A DNA stretch of 64,000 nt from Chitinophaga pinensis. GTDB lineage: Bacteria; Bacteroidota; Bacteroidia; Chitinophagales; Chitinophagaceae. Position numbers and translations under genes: made by a program. This document shows, one piece after another, positions 28,219 to 37,959 of this stretch. A model generated the notes under the pieces. That model was not told the origin of the DNA and did not search any database. It was given only the letters and a program-made list of their open reading frames with translations. Positions within the stretch are counted from its first letter, which is position 1. Every line of letters starts with the position of its first letter. Location of the stretch: NCBI GenBank assembly GCA_945902975.1, contig CAMDNL010000001.1, forward strand, positions 247 through 64,246, given 5' to 3'.

Positions 28219-29499
28219 TTATTCGTACCTCAATGCATCAATTGGGTTTAATGCAGCTGCTTTCATGGCGGGATAAATCCCTGCTGCCAATCCAACCCCA
28301 GAACAAATGACAATACCTGTAATCACCCAGAACCAAGGAATCACAAAGCCCGTGCTTAATACTACACTAAATATATTTCCAACCAGTACCCCTAATAGGA
28401 TACCAAATACTGCACCCAATAAGCTAATGATGACACTTTCAAATAAAAATTGTCTACGCACGTCTTTTCGCTTACCACCTAATGCCTTAATCAATCCCAC
28501 TTCTCTTGTTCTTTCATTCACAGCAACCAACATAATATTCATCAAGCCTATTGCAGCACCAATTAAGGTAATCATTCCAATGGCACCAGCGGCACCACTA
28601 ATACCTGCTAAAAAGCCAATGAACAATTGCGCAAACTTATCGCTCTTGTCTATGATAAAATTATCTGACTCTGTTGGAATTAATTTTCTTGCTTTTCTCA
28701 TCTGCAACATCGCTTCGTCAATGGCAGGTTCTAGTTCAACAACATTGTTTACCGCCACACCTAATTGATAAGAAGGATTGCTGTTCTGATACTGACGTAC
28801 ATTCTTCAATGAAGTCACTACAACATCATCCTGTCTTAGCATCGCACTAGATCCCTTTGCTTTTAATAAGCCAATGACACGATATGGTTTACCCTGAACT
28901 AAAATAATTTTATCGATACTTTTCTGTGGATTTTTAGGGAATAATTTTGCGGCCACACTGCTACCAATCATACAAACATTGCGTCCCGATTGGAGGTCCA
29001 CTGCATTTAGGTTTCTACCCACTGCAAGTTGGTAGCCATTGACTGCTAAATAATTTTCATCTGCGCCCCACATGCCAATCTGTGGATTCGTTTTTAAATT
29101 TTTATAGACTATCTCATTGCCCCCACTTGCTCTTCTGTACACACTTACCTGTGCTCTATTAAAACTATAATTGTTTTTAAAATACTGCGACTCTTCCAAT
29201 TTAAATGGCTTGTCTAAATTTGATTTTTTTTCTTTCTGTCCTTTCTTCGTTTTAGAAAATTCTTCGTCCTGTGGCGGCCCACCCATTCTTGCATTCATTT
29301 CCTTATAACGTATTGTAAATGCGTTCGCCCCCATGAAAGAGAAATTCTCTTTTAAACTTTGGTTCATTGCAGAGATGGCCGTAATAATACCTATGAGCGC
29401 CATGATACCAAAAGCAATAATTGCTACGGTAATACTAGTTCTAAGCTTATTGCCCTTTACGGTGCGCCAAGCCAATACAAATGAGTCCTGTAAAGTCAT
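28219..29499 (-). CDS. ABC transporter permease (MacB/FtsX-like)
   Basis: NKLRTSIT, GLMNIMLVAVNERTREVG and LNPIDALRYE. Confidence 0.92.
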   Translation of the reverse strand: MTLQDSFVLAWRTVKGNKLRTSITVAIIAFGIMALIGIITAISAMNQSLKENFSFMGANAFTIRYKEMNARMGGPPQDEEFSKTKKGQKEKKSNLDKPFKLEESQYFKNNYSFNRAQVSVYRRASGGNEIVYKNLKTNPQIGMWGADENYLAVNGYQLAVGRNLNAVDLQSGRNVCMIGSSVAAKLFPKNPQKSIDKIILVQGKPYRVIGLLKAKGSSAMLRQDDVVVTSLKNVRQYQNSNPSYQLGVAVNNVVELEPAIDEAMLQMRKARKLIPTESDNFIIDKSDKFAQLFIGFLAGISGAAGAIGMITLIGAAIGLMNIMLVAVNERTREVGLIKALGGKRKDVRRQFLFESVIISLLGAVFGILLGVLVGNIFSVVLSTGFVIPWFWVITGIVICSGVGLAAGIYPAMKAAALNPIDALRYE

Positions 29500-29578
29500 A
29501 AATGCTATTTATCTGTACCTAAAGGTAGTACAGATTAAATAAGGTGCCTCCTAATAGGCATATCTATTTGAGGAACGG

Positions 29579-30964
29579 CTAAAAGTAAAGATAAGAGAGG
29601 AATACATTGGGTAAAATACCGAGTGCTAGTATCAAAATTGCAAAAACAAGCAATTTATACTTATAGGACTGCCCCATTTCATGTATGGCAGGTTCGCCTT
29701 CGGCAAAATACATTGCTTGAATCAATTTGAAATAATAGTAGACACTAATAGCAGCAAAAAGAATGGCTACCACCACCAGCCACAGCCCAATGCCTGATTG
29801 AACCGCAGCGTTCAACATATAATACTTGGCAAAGAATCCTCCTGTGAGTGGAATGCCTGCTAATGACATTAAGAATAGAGTAGTCATGCCTGCCAATAAT
29901 GGTTCTTTTTTAGCTAAGCCATTGAATGCTTCAAAACTATAGTCTTTCATTTTAATCAATACTCCAAATAAGCCAATACTTGCAATTGAATAGGCCATGA
30001 TATAAAGTAGGATGCCTTCGTTGGCAAAATTATTAGGACCATATAAGGCAAAAAGCATAAAACCAACTTGTGCAATACTTGAATAGGCCAACATGCGTTT
30101 TACACTGCGCTGAAAAACAGCAGTAATATTTCCTACAAACAAAGTGGAGATTAAAACAAAAGTCAATAATAATTCCCAGGCATAGCCTAGTGCTTTAAAT
30201 TGACTATGAAACAACACCACAAATGCAATGATGGCTGTGGCTTTAACAATCGTCGCCATAAAAGAAGTAAACACGGTTGGTGCACCATCATACACGTCTG
30301 GTGTCCAAAAATGAAACGGCGCAGCAGAAACCTTAAAGTTAAAAGAAACAAAAATTAAAATTAAACCAGCAGATTGCATGAGTTGTTCTCTCACCATGCC
30401 TGTTGCAGGATTCACGTTTGGATTAAGCAATTGGAATGTACCAGTTGCTCCGTATATAAAAGTGATACCTAATAAAAATATACCTGTGGAAAAAGCACCC
30501 ATTAAAAAATACTTCAAAGCAGCTTCGTTGCTATTCAGGTTCTTCTTGTCTGAACCAGTTAAAATGTACAATGGGATAGATAAAATTTCAACCCCTATAA
30601 ATAACATTAATAAATTATTGAAAGAGGTCAGGATACTCGCGCCGCATAAAACAAAGAAAAATAAGGCATAAAAATCTGCTGCATGATTTCCAATTTTTGC
30701 AATCTCATCTCCATTCAACCATACATACAAGAAAGTTAAAATAAATAAAATGGTGTTTACATATAATCCAAACTGCGTAAATGAAAGCAATCCCTTATAA
30801 TCCACTGGAATGGTATAGATACCATTTAATTGTAAGACATTGGCTACAATCAAAGCTAAGAGCCCTGCCAATGCAATGCGTGTATGCGTTTTCTCATTGT
30901 CAAAGATCCAAGAAGCAAACATCATTAAAACACCTAAAAAAGCCGAAGCAATAATTGCGTTCAT
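29579..30964 (-). CDS. nuoN: NADH-quinone oxidoreductase subunit N
   Basis: EAALKYF, FKVSAAPFHFWTPDVY and KRMLAYSSIA. Operon position. Confidence 0.96.
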   Translation of the reverse strand: MNAIIASAFLGVLMMFASWIFDNEKTHTRIALAGLLALIVANVLQLNGIYTIPVDYKGLLSFTQFGLYVNTILFILTFLYVWLNGDEIAKIGNHAADFYALFFFVLCGASILTSFNNLLMLFIGVEILSIPLYILTGSDKKNLNSNEAALKYFLMGAFSTGIFLLGITFIYGATGTFQLLNPNVNPATGMVREQLMQSAGLILIFVSFNFKVSAAPFHFWTPDVYDGAPTVFTSFMATIVKATAIIAFVVLFHSQFKALGYAWELLLTFVLISTLFVGNITAVFQRSVKRMLAYSSIAQVGFMLFALYGPNNFANEGILLYIMAYSIASIGLFGVLIKMKDYSFEAFNGLAKKEPLLAGMTTLFLMSLAGIPLTGGFFAKYYMLNAAVQSGIGLWLVVVAILFAAISVYYYFKLIQAMYFAEGEPAIHEMGQSYKYKLLVFAILILALGILPNVFLSYLYF

Positions 30965-30979
30965 TATAAATTCATTTAA

Positions 30980-32401
30980 TTATTTGATAAACAATTGTTG
31001 TAATGTATCTGCAGTTAAATTAAATAATGGAGCAGGATATACTCCAGAAACAATCACTACAACTAATAATACAATCAATACAAACTGTGCAGGCATATTC
31101 GGTGCTTGCATCTTACTCATTTTTTCACTCACTTCGCCATACGCAGATTTTTGAACCATATTCAAAGTATAGATGGCTGCCAATACCACACTTACTCCAG
31201 CAGCGGCTGCTATCCAAGGTTTGAATTGGAATAAACTATTCAACATTAAAAACTCGCCCACAAATGCATTGGTTAATGGTAATGCGATATTAGCGAATGC
31301 AAATCCAACAAGTAAAATACCCAATGTTGGATTTTGTTTAGCAAGACCACCCATCTCTTTTAAAGATCTTGTGCCTGTTTGTTGCTCTATAATGTCAGCG
31401 ATGATCCAAAGACCTAATACATTGATTCCGTGTGAAAATAATTGTATCAAAACACCTTGAGCACCTATTTCGGTATTGGTAAATAAAGCAGCACTCATCA
31501 AGCCAATATGCGCAATCGATGAGTAAGCAATCAAACGCTTCATATCATCCTGGCGAATGGCAATAAAAGAAGCATAAAGAATTCCTATTACAGAAAGAGT
31601 GACAACAAAATTCGAATGCGCGCTAAATGCATCTGGGAATAATGGCATTAACCATCTCATGACACCATATATACCCATCTTAACCATCACCGCACTCAAC
31701 ACCATCGTCACAGCTGTAGGTGATTGTTCATAGGCATCTGGCTGCCATGTATGTAAAGGGAAGATCGGCATCTTAATGGCAAATGCAGTAAAGAACAATG
31801 CAAATGCAGTCAATTGCTGTCCAGATGATAAAGTAGCTTGTTTAAATGCCTGTATCGCGAAGCTTTGGTCAGCAGTATGCGTGTACACCAAAATGATACC
31901 AATCAACATGAATAAAGATCCTAAGAAAGTATAAATAAAGAATTTAAAAGTCACTGCAACTCGCTTCTCTCCTCCCCAAATTGAACAAAGAAAATACACT
32001 GGAATCAATGCCAATTCCCAGAAAAAATAAAATAATAAGGCATCACCCGCCAAAAACACACCCAGTAATCCTGTTTGTGTAAATAACATCAATGATAAAA
32101 ATTGAGCCCTATTTTTAATTTCATTTTTAGAAGTCGCAATGAATATGGTAGGAAAACTAATCCCTGTCAATAATAGTAAAATTTTAGACAAGCCATCTGC
32201 AGTTAAAACAAATCTTGCATTGATGCTTGGTATCCAACTTGCATCAAAATTAGCTGCACCATTGAATGCAATATTCAATGCAAGTGCTAAGGTGATTCCA
32301 GTTGATGCAATTGCAATATAATTTGCCTTTTCATTAGGTTTAACAAATAGCAAAATGATTGCTGCGATAAACGGAATAGATAGAATTGAAAGTAATACCA
32401 T
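30980..32401 (-). CDS. nuoM: NADH-quinone oxidoreductase subunit M
   Basis: FYFFWEL, IKMPIFPLHTW and KRLIAYSSIAH. Confidence 0.96.
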   Translation of the reverse strand: MVLLSILSIPFIAAIILLFVKPNEKANYIAIASTGITLALALNIAFNGAANFDASWIPSINARFVLTADGLSKILLLLTGISFPTIFIATSKNEIKNRAQFLSLMLFTQTGLLGVFLAGDALLFYFFWELALIPVYFLCSIWGGEKRVAVTFKFFIYTFLGSLFMLIGIILVYTHTADQSFAIQAFKQATLSSGQQLTAFALFFTAFAIKMPIFPLHTWQPDAYEQSPTAVTMVLSAVMVKMGIYGVMRWLMPLFPDAFSAHSNFVVTLSVIGILYASFIAIRQDDMKRLIAYSSIAHIGLMSAALFTNTEIGAQGVLIQLFSHGINVLGLWIIADIIEQQTGTRSLKEMGGLAKQNPTLGILLVGFAFANIALPLTNAFVGEFLMLNSLFQFKPWIAAAAGVSVVLAAIYTLNMVQKSAYGEVSEKMSKMQAPNMPAQFVLIVLLVVVIVSGVYPAPLFNLTADTLQQLFIK

Positions 32402-32414
32402 TATTGCTAAAAAT

Positions 32415-34328
32415 TTATTGAATCAAATTATGAAAGAATCGAGTGATGGCAAGATCGTTAAACCATATTAGGAATAACAAAACGATACTCAACACCATAA
32501 ATAAAATATAATACCCTACTTGACCACTCTGTATTAAACGCGTTTGTCTTGCTCCGTACTGCACTATTTTCCCTGTGCCATTTACAAAGCCATCAATGAC
32601 ATTTTTCTCTATGACTTCTTTTAAGAAGCCAGCAAAACGATTCAATGGTTGTACAATCGCCTTTTCGTAGAATTCGTCCACCAACCACTTGTTGTATAAA
32701 AATTTACCCAATACTGTTTGTGGTTCTCCGTCTGCTTGTTTACTGTATTTGCTTATTGCAATCAATAAAGCCAACAATGCAATCGTAACTGAGCTTCCCA
32801 TTAATATCCACTCTGTGGTATGAGATAAATGCAAGGCATGTTCTGCTCCAATGATGCTGGACAAATGCTGTCCTAACCAATGATGTCCACCTAGTATTTC
32901 TGGCACACCCATTGCACCTCCAACGGCACTTAAAACAGCTAATATAATTAATGGGATCGTCATGCTTGCAGGGCTTTCATGCAGATGACTTGCTTGTGCT
33001 TCCGTACCTCTAAATTGTCCCAAGAAAGTGGTTGCATATAAACGGAACATATAAAATGCAGTCATTGCTGCGCCAATCAATCCAAGGAACCAATAGATTG
33101 GATTTTTAGCGTAAGCCGCTGCTAAGATTTCGTCTTTAGAGAAGAACCCACTAAAAGGAGGAACTCCAGCAATAGCAATACATCCTATTAAGAAAGTGAG
33201 ATGCGTGATAGGTAATTTAGATTTCAATCCACCCATCTTACGAATATCTTGTTCATGATGCATGGCGTGAATCACAGACCCTGCAGCCAAGAATAACAAT
33301 GCTTTAAAGAAGGCGTGGGTAATCACATGAAATACGGCACCAGAATAAGCTCCAACACCTAAACCCAAAAACATATAACCCAATTGACTCACTGTGGAAT
33401 ATGCCAATACTTTTTTAATATCATTTTGTTTGATCGCAATTGTCGCTGCTAATAAAGCTGTGCTAATACCAATAATCGCCACTACTGTTTGTGCAATTTC
33501 ACTATGGGTATAAAAAATATTTGTTCTAGTGATCATGTAAATACCTGCAGTCACCATCGTAGCAGCATGGATCAAAGCAGAAACTGGTGTTGGACCAGCC
33601 ATCGCATCTGGAAGCCATGTATACAAAGGAATTTGAGCACTCTTACCCATTGCTCCAACAAATAATAATAAAGTGATTGCGGTGATATCTGCACTAGATA
33701 ATTTTGCTAAACTTTCTGCAGTTAACACTTCTCCGTAACTCACTGTGCCTAATTTCACGATCAACCAGAAGATGGCTAATAAAAAGCCTAAGTCACCAAT
33801 TCTGTTCATAATGAATGCTTTCTTAGCAGCATTATTATAAGTTGTATTGGTAAACCAATAACCAATTAATAAATAAGAACATAGTCCTACACCCTCCCAT
33901 CCAATAAACATAATCACATAATTATCTCCCAATACCAATAAAAGCATAGAGAAGATAAATAAGTTTAAATAGGCAAAATAGCGCGCATAATGGGGTGCCG
34001 TCTCCTCATGCATATAGGCCGTAGAATATAAATGAATCAAAGTACCCACACCCGTGATCACTAATAAAAACAAACTTGACAAAGCGTCCACTCTAAAGTC
34101 AAAAGGAATTTTGACAGTACTTGTGTTGATGAAATCAAAATAATGCACCGTGATGGCGCCTTGCTCTTGCACATTCCAAAAAGCAATTAAACTAAAAATA
34201 AAAGATGCAAAAATATATCCTGTAGCCTGAGATGCTATCGTTTTTTTACTCCAAATATTACGACCCAATCCGTTGAGTAAAAATCCAGCTAAGGGCCATA
34301 AAACGATCAATCCTATTATTGTTTTCAT
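32415..34328 (-). CDS. nuoL: NADH-quinone oxidoreductase subunit L
   Basis: GKSAQIPLYTWLPDAMAGPTPVSALIHAATMVTAG. Confidence 0.97.
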   Translation of the reverse strand: MKTIIGLIVLWPLAGFLLNGLGRNIWSKKTIASQATGYIFASFIFSLIAFWNVQEQGAITVHYFDFINTSTVKIPFDFRVDALSSLFLLVITGVGTLIHLYSTAYMHEETAPHYARYFAYLNLFIFSMLLLVLGDNYVIMFIGWEGVGLCSYLLIGYWFTNTTYNNAAKKAFIMNRIGDLGFLLAIFWLIVKLGTVSYGEVLTAESLAKLSSADITAITLLLFVGAMGKSAQIPLYTWLPDAMAGPTPVSALIHAATMVTAGIYMITRTNIFYTHSEIAQTVVAIIGISTALLAATIAIKQNDIKKVLAYSTVSQLGYMFLGLGVGAYSGAVFHVITHAFFKALLFLAAGSVIHAMHHEQDIRKMGGLKSKLPITHLTFLIGCIAIAGVPPFSGFFSKDEILAAAYAKNPIYWFLGLIGAAMTAFYMFRLYATTFLGQFRGTEAQASHLHESPASMTIPLIILAVLSAVGGAMGVPEILGGHHWLGQHLSSIIGAEHALHLSHTTEWILMGSSVTIALLALLIAISKYSKQADGEPQTVLGKFLYNKWLVDEFYEKAIVQPLNRFAGFLKEVIEKNVIDGFVNGTGKIVQYGARQTRLIQSGQVGYYILFMVLSIVLLFLIWFNDLAITRFFHNLIQ

Positions 34329-34334
34329 GTGGAA

Positions 34335-34670
34335 TTAATTCTTTAATCTGTTTAAGAAATTGATGTCTACAGAATGCGTGTTTCGATACATCATCACAAT
34401 GATGGCCAATCCAACACTCACTTCTGCCGCAGCGACCACCATAATGAAGAATACAAAAATTTGTGCATCAATGCCTGCTGTGGTATTGGCTGCGCTTTGC
34501 AGAGCCGCTCCGTGGTACATTTTTGAAAATGCCACTAATAATAAGTTCACTGCGTTTAACATTAATTCAATACACATGAATACGATGATGGCATTACGAC
34601 GGGTCAATACCCCAACGACACCAATGCTAAACAAAGTCAAACATAAAATGATATAATACTGTATAGACAT
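34335..34670 (-). CDS. nuoK: NADH-quinone oxidoreductase subunit K
   Basis: RRNAI...ELMLNAVN and [10 protein letters not shown]. Confidence 0.96.
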   Translation of the reverse strand: MSIQYYIILCLTLFSIGVVGVLTRRNAIIVFMCIELMLNAVNLLLVAFSKMYHGAALQSAANTTAGIDAQIFVFFIMVVAAAEVSVGLAIIVMMYRNTHSVDINFLNRLKN

Positions 34671-34691
34671 CTCTAATGATTTTATTTATAA

Positions 34692-35192
34692 TTATTTTTT
34701 ACCAATGATGACTGCGCCAACCATCGCACTTAAGAATAAAACACTGCTTATTTCAAATGGAATCACATAGTCCGTAAACAATGCTTGCCCTAATGGGTGA
34801 ATCAAACCAATGCTGCCTTCTTTTAATAAAACTTGCTTGTCTTGAATTTGAGTCGTCTGCTTCACCACCGCAATCAATAAAGTAAGTAAACTACCCGCTG
34901 CTACTACACCAGTCAATTTCACCAATAATTGCTTTTGTGGTTCTGCATCTTTTTTGATATTCATTAACATAATCACAAATAAGAACAACACCATAATAGC
35001 ACCGGCATATACAATGATATTAACGATCGCTAAAAATTGCGCATTCAATAAAATATAATGTCCAGAAATAGCAAAGAACACTAAGATCAACCACAATACA
35101 CTATGTATTGGATTCTTACTAATTAATACCATCGTCGCACTTACAATCGCAAATGCAGATAATAGATAAAATAAAATGTCTACTGTACTCAT
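34692..35192 (-). CDS. nuoJ: NADH-quinone oxidoreductase subunit J
   Basis: NPIHSVL and VYAGAIMVLFLFVIML. Confidence 0.96.
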   Translation of the reverse strand: MSTVDILFYLLSAFAIVSATMVLISKNPIHSVLWLILVFFAISGHYILLNAQFLAIVNIIVYAGAIMVLFLFVIMLMNIKKDAEPQKQLLVKLTGVVAAGSLLTLLIAVVKQTTQIQDKQVLLKEGSIGLIHPLGQALFTDYVIPFEISSVLFLSAMVGAVIIGKK

Positions 35193-35200
35193 AGTATTGT

Positions 35201-35737
35201 TTATGCTTCTACTCCTCTAGCCAAAGCTAAATCACTTGCTTCGGTCTTTGGATTTGGGATTAATAAATCGGGTTTGCCATAAATAAATCCTTTACGTGTA
35301 TAATTTGCAGGTGCAAAAGTTTCACTTAAATAAATGGCGTCTTTTGGACAAGCTTCTTCACATAACCCACAGAAAATACAACGCAACATATTGATTTCGT
35401 ATTTAGCAGCATACTTCTCTTCTCTGTATAAATGTTCTTCTCCGGTTTCACGTTCAGCCGCTTCCATAGTGATCGCTTCTGCAGGACAAGCCACTGCACA
35501 TAAACCACATGCAGTACAACGCTCTCTTCCTTCTTCGTCTCTATTTAATACATGGAGCCCTCTAAATACAGGACTGAATGCGCGCTTCTCTTCGGGATAA
35601 CGTGTAGTCGGTTGTTTCTTAAACATATGACTAAAAGTGATAAACATCCCTTTGATAATATTAATCAAATACAAGCGCTCCCAAAAGGTCATTGGGGCTC
35701 TGCTTACTGCTTGTGCTTTGTTGGTTAATGGTTGCAT
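35201..35737 (-). CDS. nuoI: NADH-quinone oxidoreductase subunit I
   Basis: Two CxxCxxCxxxCP motifs and YPEE. Confidence 0.96.
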   Translation of the reverse strand: MQPLTNKAQAVSRAPMTFWERLYLINIIKGMFITFSHMFKKQPTTRYPEEKRAFSPVFRGLHVLNRDEEGRERCTACGLCAVACPAEAITMEAAERETGEEHLYREEKYAAKYEINMLRCIFCGLCEEACPKDAIYLSETFAPANYTRKGFIYGKPDLLIPNPKTEASDLALARGVEA

Positions 35738-35761
35738 GTCTATATAGAATGTTTTAAAAAA

Positions 35762-36805
35762 TTATAAGTTAGCTAGGATTAAAGCACCCGTAATTAATAA
35801 ATTAAAAAGTGCCAATGGAATCATCGTCTTCCATCCTAAGTTCATTAATTGATCATACCTGAAACGCGGGATGGTCCAGCGAATCCACATGAATAAGAAA
35901 ATGAATAAAACAATTTTAATTAACAAAGTACCTACACCAATCATGGCAGCTATATTAGGTGCCACAGTGGATTCATCAAAGAATGGTAAATCGTAACCAC
36001 CAAAATACATCGACGCCATAATCGCGCTACTCATAATCATGTTGATGTATTCTGCGAATAAATAAAAGCCCAATTTCATTGAAGAATATTCCTGATGGTA
36101 TCCAAAGTTCAATTCATTCTCTGCCTCTGGTAAGTCAAATGGAGTTCTATTACACTCTGCTAATGCTGCAATAAAAAATAATAAAAATCCTAGTGGCTGG
36201 TATACAATATTCCACCAGTTACCTTGTACCTGTTGTTCTACAATGGTCTTTAAACTTAAAGATTCAGTTGTCATTAACAATGCAATCAATGCCAAGCCCA
36301 TCGCCAATTCATAGCTAATGGCTTGAGATGCCGCTCTTAAAGAGGACATTAAAGAAAACTTATTATTAGAAGCCCATCCACCAATCATGATACCATATAC
36401 ACCCATACTCACCACTGCAAAAACATATAAAATTCCAATATTGATATCTGCAATTTGTAATGCAATTTTTCGGCCAAATAATTCAATATCTGAACCCCAA
36501 GGAATCACAGCGCAAGTCATCAAACTAGCAGTCATTGCTAATGCTGGACCCAAAATGAATAACCACTTATTCGCAGCAGTTGGAATGATTTCCTCTTTCA
36601 TGATCAATTTGATACCATCAGCTAGTGGTTGTAATAATCCAAAAGGACCAGCCCTATTCGGACCCGGACGATCTTGTAAAATGGCAGCCACTTTTCTTTC
36701 TCCAAAAGTGGTATACAAAGCAATGCCTAGACTACCGAAAACAACTACGGCAATCAAGATTAATTTTTCTATCACCAGCCCCCAATCAAATGCAAGAATT
36801 GTCAT
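35762..36805 (-). CDS. nuoH: NADH-quinone oxidoreductase subunit H
   Basis: ERK..QDRPGPNR, NRTPFDLPEAE and PRFRYDQLM. Start reassigned to ATG 36805, which removes the overlap with nuoG. Confidence 0.96.
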   Translation of the reverse strand: MTILAFDWGLVIEKLILIAVVVFGSLGIALYTTFGERKVAAILQDRPGPNRAGPFGLLQPLADGIKLIMKEEIIPTAANKWLFILGPALAMTASLMTCAVIPWGSDIELFGRKIALQIADINIGILYVFAVVSMGVYGIMIGGWASNNKFSLMSSLRAASQAISYELAMGLALIALLMTTESLSLKTIVEQQVQGNWWNIVYQPLGFLLFFIAALAECNRTPFDLPEAENELNFGYHQEYSSMKLGFYLFAEYINMIMSSAIMASMYFGGYDLPFFDESTVAPNIAAMIGVGTLLIKIVLFIFLFMWIRWTIPRFRYDQLMNLGWKTMIPLALFNLLITGALILANL

Positions 36806-36815
36806 GCTAATATAA

Positions 36816-37943
36816 TTATGCTTTATGAGTATTGTTTGTGTTAAAAGTATCCCCATGAGAAGGTCCTTGAATTTGCCCTAAATGAATATTAGGTTGGTTC
36901 ACTTCACTTTCATCATGAATGTCCATCAATAAATGTGGCGTTCTGCCATCATTCACTGCTTTGAAAGTCTCGTTAGGTTTTGTGGTACCGATATTGCCTG
37001 CATAATGTCCTTGTGCAATAACAGACTGTCTGCTAATTTCACGAGGCCCTTCGATGGTCCAATCTGAAGTTGCCTTTTTATCAAAACGACAAGTGTTACA
37101 GATCCATCCTGGCTTGCCATCTGGCGTATCTTCTATTTCACCCCATTGATCCTTTCTTGCTGTTACTCTATACACTTCGTCACCTCTATTCCATAAAGTA
37201 ACTCTTCCAGAACATGTTGGACAATCACGGTGTGCATCCATTGGTTTTAAAAACCAAACACGATTTTTAAATCGGAATGTTTTATCTGTCAATGCACCCA
37301 CTGGACATACATCAATCACGTTCCCTATAAATTCATTGTCTAAACTCTTCTCAATATGTGTTGCAATTTCTGCGTGGTCTCCTCTGTCTAATATTCCGTG
37401 TACTCTTTTATTCGTTAATTGATCTGCAGTGAATACACAACGATAACATAAAATACAACGCGTCATATGCAATTGTATATTCTTGCCTAAATCGTGCTTT
37501 TCAAAAGTCCTTCTTTGAAATTCATAACGTGTTTCAGCTTTGCCATGTTCAAAACTTAAATCTTGTAAATGACATTCCCCAGCCTGATCACAAATAGGAC
37601 AATCCAATGGATGATTCAATAATAAAAACTCCACCACACCGGCTCTTGCATCCAATACTTTTTCACTTGTGATGTTTTTCACTTCCATTCCGTCCATCAC
37701 GGTGGTACGACAAGACGCAACTAACTTAGGCATTGGTCTTGGATCTTTCTCTGAACCTTTTGATACTTCTACCAAACAAGTTCTACACTTGCCACCACTG
37801 CCTTCCAATTTGCTATAAAAACACATCGCAGGTGGAGCAACTTGACCACCAATCAATCGTGCAGCTTGTAACACTGTTGTTCCAGCTGGAACATCAATGG
37901 TAATGTTGTCGATTGTTACTTTAAATAAATTTTGTTCGCTCAT
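36816..37943 (-). CDS. nuoG: NADH-quinone oxidoreductase subunit G, short form
   Basis: 2Fe-2S motif (MCF...KCRTCLV...SC), HPLDCPICDQAGECHLQ and CILCYRC...CPVGAL. Only 375 aa. Confidence 0.93.
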   Translation of the reverse strand: MSEQNLFKVTIDNITIDVPAGTTVLQAARLIGGQVAPPAMCFYSKLEGSGGKCRTCLVEVSKGSEKDPRPMPKLVASCRTTVMDGMEVKNITSEKVLDARAGVVEFLLLNHPLDCPICDQAGECHLQDLSFEHGKAETRYEFQRRTFEKHDLGKNIQLHMTRCILCYRCVFTADQLTNKRVHGILDRGDHAEIATHIEKSLDNEFIGNVIDVCPVGALTDKTFRFKNRVWFLKPMDAHRDCPTCSGRVTLWNRGDEVYRVTARKDQWGEIEDTPDGKPGWICNTCRFDKKATSDWTIEGPREISRQSVIAQGHYAGNIGTTKPNETFKAVNDGRTPHLLMDIHDESEVNQPNIHLGQIQGPSHGDTFNTNNTHKA

Positions 37944-37959
37944 AGTTTATATTTCTATG

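Noticed and set aside
36806-36856. Apparent nuoG/nuoH overlap, and long N-termini on nuoA, rpsP, rlmN and mnmE
   Set aside because: These are ORF-caller artefacts. Downstream ATGs match the family starts and sit behind promoter elements.
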